A stretch of 64,000 bases of DNA from an uncultured delta proteobacterium (GTDB lineage: Bacteria; Myxococcota_A; UBA9160; UBA4427): assembly GCA_963822965.1 (NCBI GenBank), contig CAWGJT010000005.1, positions 1,280,001-1,344,000 of the forward strand, given 5' to 3'. Below the pieces are notes generated by a model. The model was not told where the DNA came from and ran no database searches. It was given only the letters and a program-made list of their open reading frames with translations. The position numbers and the translations under genes were made by a program. Below, one piece after another: positions 59,555-64,000 of the stretch (positions are counted from its first letter, which is position 1; each line of letters opens with the position of its first letter).

Positions 59555-60934
59555 TCAACGCAGTCCGGCGGTGGGATTGGTGGGCGTGCGCAGGGTGCGG
59601 AGGAAGGCGAGCAGCTCCTTCCGCTCGCTCTCCGACCGTCTGGCGTAGCCGTCGCGCGCGTCCCGAGCCTCGCCGCCGTGGAGCAGGATCGCCTCGCTCA
59701 GCGTCATGGCGCGCCCGTCGTGGAGGTAGGGAGCGGTATCGGCGACGCCCCAGAGCCGGGCCGTCGTGAAGAAGCGATCCAGATCGCTGCCGAAGGACTC
59801 GGCCAGCGCGTCCCCCATGTCATGGCGCTTGAGGTCCGCGAAGAGCGGCACCCGGACGCCACCCCCGCGCGCAGGCGCGAAGCCCGGCGCGGCGGCCCGC
59901 AGGTCGACCACGTAGTGCGGCTCGATCTCCGCCCCGTCCGCGGCGGGCAGACTCAGCGCGAGGCGGGCCGAGCGCGCCCGCAGCAGGGGCCGATGGCAGT
60001 CCGCGCAGCCGAGCTCCACGAAGAGTCGCCTGCCGCGCCGCGCGGTCTGGCTCGGGCGGGTCTGGACCGGTTTCGGCAGCGTCGCGTTGAAGATCTCGAG
60101 CGCCGAGACGGCGCCGATCCCGATCTCGTTGACGACGCCGTCGCCGTCGCCGTCCACGTCCCGGCCGACGATCTCGACGGGCTCGATGCCGAAGTGGAAG
60201 CGCAGGGCGTCCAGATCGAAGTCCCGGATCGTCTCGAGGTCGCCCTTGCGCCCGAAGGGCCGGACGATCAGGTCTTCGTCGACGCCCTCGACCCCCGAGG
60301 TGTCGAAGAGCCCGTCCCGGTACACGATCGAGCCGAAGTCGACGCCCTTGGCGACGAGCGCCACCGGCACGCCGGGCTGCTGCCGCGCCCGCGCCTTCTG
60401 CGCCAGCAGCTGCTCCGTCATCTCGACGGCCAACTGCTGGACTCCCCCGCTCCCGAAGAGGAAGGGCGGGTTGATGAAGCGTCCGTCGAAGCTGGCGAAG
60501 CCTTCACCGTCGTCGTCATCCGGATCGATCGTCGTCGGCATGAACATCGCATTGCTGACGGAGCCGCCGACCCCACCGATCCCGAACACCGGTGGAACGC
60601 TCGCATTGCTGAGGATCGAGTGGCACTCGAGGCAGGACTGCGCGTCGAGGCCGTTCACGCGCAGGAAGCTCCCGTTGCCTTGAAGCGTCGGACGACCGCC
60701 GAGCGAGATCGGGTCCGATGGATCCATGGGACCGTCGCCGTAGCCGTCCGCCTTGTTGAAGGGCGTCGAGAAGACCAGCATGCCCTGGCGGCGGATCTCG
60801 CGAAGCGGGAGCTTGCCCGTCTCGATCTGCGCCTGGGTGATCGTGACGCCGGCCTCGACGAGGCGTCGCCCATCGCCGGCGTGCGCCATCCCGGCGACCA
60901 GGATCGAGAGCAGCGCGAGCCGGATCATGCACAT
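59555..60934 (-). CDS. Di-heme oxidoreductase family protein
   Basis: CLECH and CADCH; DLKRHDMG; LWGVADTAPYLHDGRA..EAILLHGGE. Confidence 0.88.
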   Translation of the reverse strand: MCMIRLALLSILVAGMAHAGDGRRLVEAGVTITQAQIETGKLPLREIRRQGMLVFSTPFNKADGYGDGPMDPSDPISLGGRPTLQGNGSFLRVNGLDAQSCLECHSILSNASVPPVFGIGGVGGSVSNAMFMPTTIDPDDDDGEGFASFDGRFINPPFLFGSGGVQQLAVEMTEQLLAQKARARQQPGVPVALVAKGVDFGSIVYRDGLFDTSGVEGVDEDLIVRPFGRKGDLETIRDFDLDALRFHFGIEPVEIVGRDVDGDGDGVVNEIGIGAVSALEIFNATLPKPVQTRPSQTARRGRRLFVELGCADCHRPLLRARSARLALSLPAADGAEIEPHYVVDLRAAAPGFAPARGGGVRVPLFADLKRHDMGDALAESFGSDLDRFFTTARLWGVADTAPYLHDGRAMTLSEAILLHGGEARDARDGYARRSESERKELLAFLRTLRTPTNPTAGLR

Positions 60935-61120
60935 GGACCTTTCTCTCCTGTCTGCAACGCCTCGCAGCTCACGCCGGAGATGCGGTCGCCGACGATTATC
61001 ACCCAACCGTCGGCCCGACATACTTGAGGAGAACTTGATGATTCGCCCGAACCGAACGCGTGGAATCAGGGGAAACGTTTCGAAATCGAGCACTTGAGCC
61101 CCCTGCACGCGTAAAGTCCC
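60870..61120. repeat. ~250-bp direct repeat, copy 2
   Basis: Closely similar to 59219-59468. Confidence 0.9.
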
Positions 61121-61171
61121 CCGATGACCGACCGGAGGGCAGCTGTGTCACGATCGCGGTGGAGGCATCGG

Positions 61172-63019
61172 ATGCGTCGTCTCGTCCTTGCGGGGTGGAT
61201 CCTGCCCCTTCTCGCCTTCGGTTCGCCGAAGCTCGCCATCGGACAGGCGAGCGACCCGCTGCCGATCGACGTGCCCGCCGTGCAGATCCAGGGCGACTTC
61301 CTGGTCAACGGCGCACTGGCCTCGCCGCTCACCGCCGAGTCGGCGCGCCTCCGCCTCGATGGCATGCTGGGCCTGGGGGCCGGCTTCCCGATCGGACGCA
61401 GCTACGAGCAGAGCTACGGGCCGCTCTGGGTGATCCCCACCGACTACCAGGCCGGCTATGGCTTCGACTCGTCCCTCTTCGGAACCCTGCCGCGGAGCTC
61501 CGCGGCCTCGGTTCCGATCGGCCCCTTCGTCTACCTGGACGGCTCGCAGCCCTTCGACGTGGACGTCCCGGCGGTCGGGATCACCATCGACGTCACGCTG
61601 AATGGCTCGCCCTTCGGAGACCTCTTCAACGACGACTCCGAGCTGCTGCTCCGCCACGTCGGGACCGGGAACGAGTTCGTGATCGGGTCCACCCTGGCGC
61701 AGCCCCTCTCCGTCTCGGTCGTCCCCGGCAGCTACGACCTGGTGTACCGGTACATCACGGGAAGGCTGCATCCGGTCAACACGCACGCCACGATCGCCGC
61801 AGGCCTCGATCTCTCGACTTCGCAGACCGTGTCGCTCGATCTCGAGGCGTACCCGCATCAGCAGGTCGTGCGGCTGAACGGCGCCTTCTTCCCCGCGTCG
61901 CCCACCGAGTACGGCAACATCGCGCTGGAGAGCCCGGACGGACGCGACCGGGTGGACCTGGGGCCGACCTCCGGGTCCCTGTCGGAGGTCTTCGTGCTCG
62001 CGGGCAGCTACGTGCTCGCCTACGAGCACGTGAACGGAGGCGCCCAGGTTCCCGTGAACACGCACGCGATCGTCGACCCCATGGTCATCGTCGACGAGCC
62101 GGCTCCGGGGCGCAACATCTCCACCGGGTCGACCGACGTCCAGGCGGCTGTCGTCTCGATCGACGCCACGCTGAACGGCGATCCTTTCGTCGTGTCCCCG
62201 ACCAACTGGGCGGAGTGGGCGGTCGTGGACGCGGACGGCGAGGAGACCCCCTTTGGCAGCACGCTGACCCAGCCCTTCGCCACCACCCTGGTCCACGGGA
62301 CCTACGACGTCTTCTACCAGTGGCAGCTCGGCGCAACCGACGTGCCCGGCAACACGAACGCTCGCGTCGCCACCGGCCTCGTCGTCGCGGGCCCGACGAC
62401 GTTCGCCTTCGACGTCCCCATGGTCGCGCGCACCTTCGAGCCGCTCCTCAACGGGGCCCCGTGGCCGCAGTCGCCTACCGAGTTCGGGGATCTCGACCTG
62501 CAGGGAAGCGAGCCGGAAGACCGCTTCGACCTGGGCTCGACCTACGACGGGCCCACAATCCAGCGCCTCGTCATCGCCGGGGCCTACGACCTCATCTACG
62601 ACCACCGGAACGGCGCCACGACGGTACCGGTAAACGAGAGCGAGCCGATCCTGAGCTTCCACACCTCAGAGGGCCCGGTGATCGGGGTCGACGTGGCGGC
62701 GACGCGAATTGCCCCGACGGTGACGCTCGACGGCCAGGTCTTCCCGACCGGCAGTGGCAACCAGGCGCGGATCGTGCTCCGTTCGGCGGCCGGGGGCGAG
62801 ACCCCGATCGGCACGACCGATCAGGCGCCCATCTCCCCGCGTCGCGTGATCGACGGGACCTACCGGATCGACTACGAGTGGCTGAGCGGCGACGACATTC
62901 CCCGCAACAGTCGTGAGCCGGTCGGGACTGCGTACGTGCCCGAGCCGGGATTCCTGCTCGGGCTCGGCATCGGCATCGCCTTCCTCGCCGCGACCAGCCG
63001 GAGGCGGAAGCGTCCCTGA
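61172..63019 (+). CDS. PEP-CTERM protein with ~90-aa internal repeats
   Basis: GGAGG RBS; repeats of G(S/T/A)Y(D/V)xxY..P.N; VPEPGFLLGLGIGIAFLAATSRRRKR. Confidence 0.85.
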   Translation: MRRLVLAGWILPLLAFGSPKLAIGQASDPLPIDVPAVQIQGDFLVNGALASPLTAESARLRLDGMLGLGAGFPIGRSYEQSYGPLWVIPTDYQAGYGFDSSLFGTLPRSSAASVPIGPFVYLDGSQPFDVDVPAVGITIDVTLNGSPFGDLFNDDSELLLRHVGTGNEFVIGSTLAQPLSVSVVPGSYDLVYRYITGRLHPVNTHATIAAGLDLSTSQTVSLDLEAYPHQQVVRLNGAFFPASPTEYGNIALESPDGRDRVDLGPTSGSLSEVFVLAGSYVLAYEHVNGGAQVPVNTHAIVDPMVIVDEPAPGRNISTGSTDVQAAVVSIDATLNGDPFVVSPTNWAEWAVVDADGEETPFGSTLTQPFATTLVHGTYDVFYQWQLGATDVPGNTNARVATGLVVAGPTTFAFDVPMVARTFEPLLNGAPWPQSPTEFGDLDLQGSEPEDRFDLGSTYDGPTIQRLVIAGAYDLIYDHRNGATTVPVNESEPILSFHTSEGPVIGVDVAATRIAPTVTLDGQVFPTGSGNQARIVLRSAAGGETPIGTTDQAPISPRRVIDGTYRIDYEWLSGDDIPRNSREPVGTAYVPEPGFLLGLGIGIAFLAATSRRRKRP

Positions 63020-63169
63020 CGCATCCGTCCGCCCCCTCGCCCTCCACCCCGGCCACACGAACTCACACAGCGCGACGATCGTGGGACGTTCAAGCGGGGT
63101 TCCGGCTCGATGCCCGGGAGGCGGGCGCGGGCGGAGCCGCCCCGGACGGCCTCGCCCGGCTGTGAGCGT

Positions 63170-63881
63170 CCCCGAACTTGCGCTTGTAGGCGGCCGGCGC
63201 GAGACCGGTGTGGCGCTTGAAGACGCTTCGGTCATGCCGAGGTGGCTCGCCAGGGTCTCGAAGTGGATCTCCTCGCGGCAGTGCTGGCGGTTCCACTCCT
63301 CCGCCCGGCGGACCACTTCGTCCGCGTGGCGGGCCCCGATCGGCAGCACCGCGAAGCCCGCCTGGCAGTCCCGCGGCATCTCGATCAGCAGCGAGCGGGC
63401 GCACTGGCGCGCCACCTCGCGACCGCAGTACCGCTCCACCAGGTACAGCGCCAGGTCGAGCGCGGCATACACACCTGCCACCGCAGTAGCGGGCCTGCTC
63501 GACGGGCGTATCGCCACCACCCACTGGGCGGTGGTCGAGTCCTATCAGGAGCGCTTTCCGACGGTCCACTGGCGGCCGGACGATCTCGTCACCGAGGACG
63601 GCGGTCTCTTGGATCTGGTGGCTGGTGCCTGCATAGCTGCAGCCCTCCGGTGGGCCCGTCGATCCGAACATCCGGTGCGGGCCGACGGTCCCTACTCGAT
63701 CCAGGCCGACGAAGCGTTGGAGCGGGCGGGCCGGACCGATCTGATGTTCGTGCCGGCCGCCGGTCTCGACCTCGACGCGGTGCTCCAGCTCAACGCGCCC
63801 ATCCTCGACTTCCTGCGCGCCCGTCACGCCGAGGGGTCGAGCATCGCGGCCGTGTGCTCGGGGGTTGCGCTGCCTGCGGAG
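63170..63881. pseudogene. Scrambled GlxA/AraC-family (DJ-1/PfpI + HTH) regulator
   Basis: C-part on the minus strand up to 63488; middle (AGLLDG..ATTHW..EDGGL) on plus 63489-63608; N-part (AAVCSG) on plus ~63670-63881. Confidence 0.8.
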
Positions 63882-64000
63882 CGCCCGTCTTCAAGGGTCA
63901 GATGGGATCTACGCCAGCGTCTTCGCGAGCCCGGCGTTCCGAGCCCAATACGAGCGGATCATCAAACGAGGCCGTGGCCATGGTGTCAGCCGGCGAAGGC

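Overview
GC-rich bacterial DNA. The abundant PEP-CTERM surface proteins, myxobacteria-like Cys repeats and lipid-catabolic genes suggest Myxococcota, but this is inference only. It reads as an accessory, mosaic region. Intact content includes: a complete porin-cytochrome extracellular electron transfer cluster (two OmcA/MtrC-like decahemes, one with a PEP-CTERM tail and one a lipoprotein, plus a DmsE/MtrA decaheme, an MtrB-like barrel, and a convergent NapC/NirT tetraheme and octaheme; 42 CxxCH motifs in total); eight PEP-CTERM proteins, one an apparent polyprotein with an internal PEP-CTERM followed by a second signal peptide; a probable selenocysteine peroxiredoxin-glutaredoxin fusion; and lipid-catabolic genes. 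Between these lie many abruptly truncated gene pieces, IS remnants (IS30, IS91, IS110, IS481) and a half tRNA-Arg. Six copies of an unannotated ~64-95 bp element with an IS91/ISCR oriIS-like end are dispersed through the window, and several sit at gene breakpoints, suggesting a non-autonomous rolling-circle shuffling element. Several genes carry clustered frameshifts that may be sequencing errors. All calls come from reading the sequence; no searches were run.
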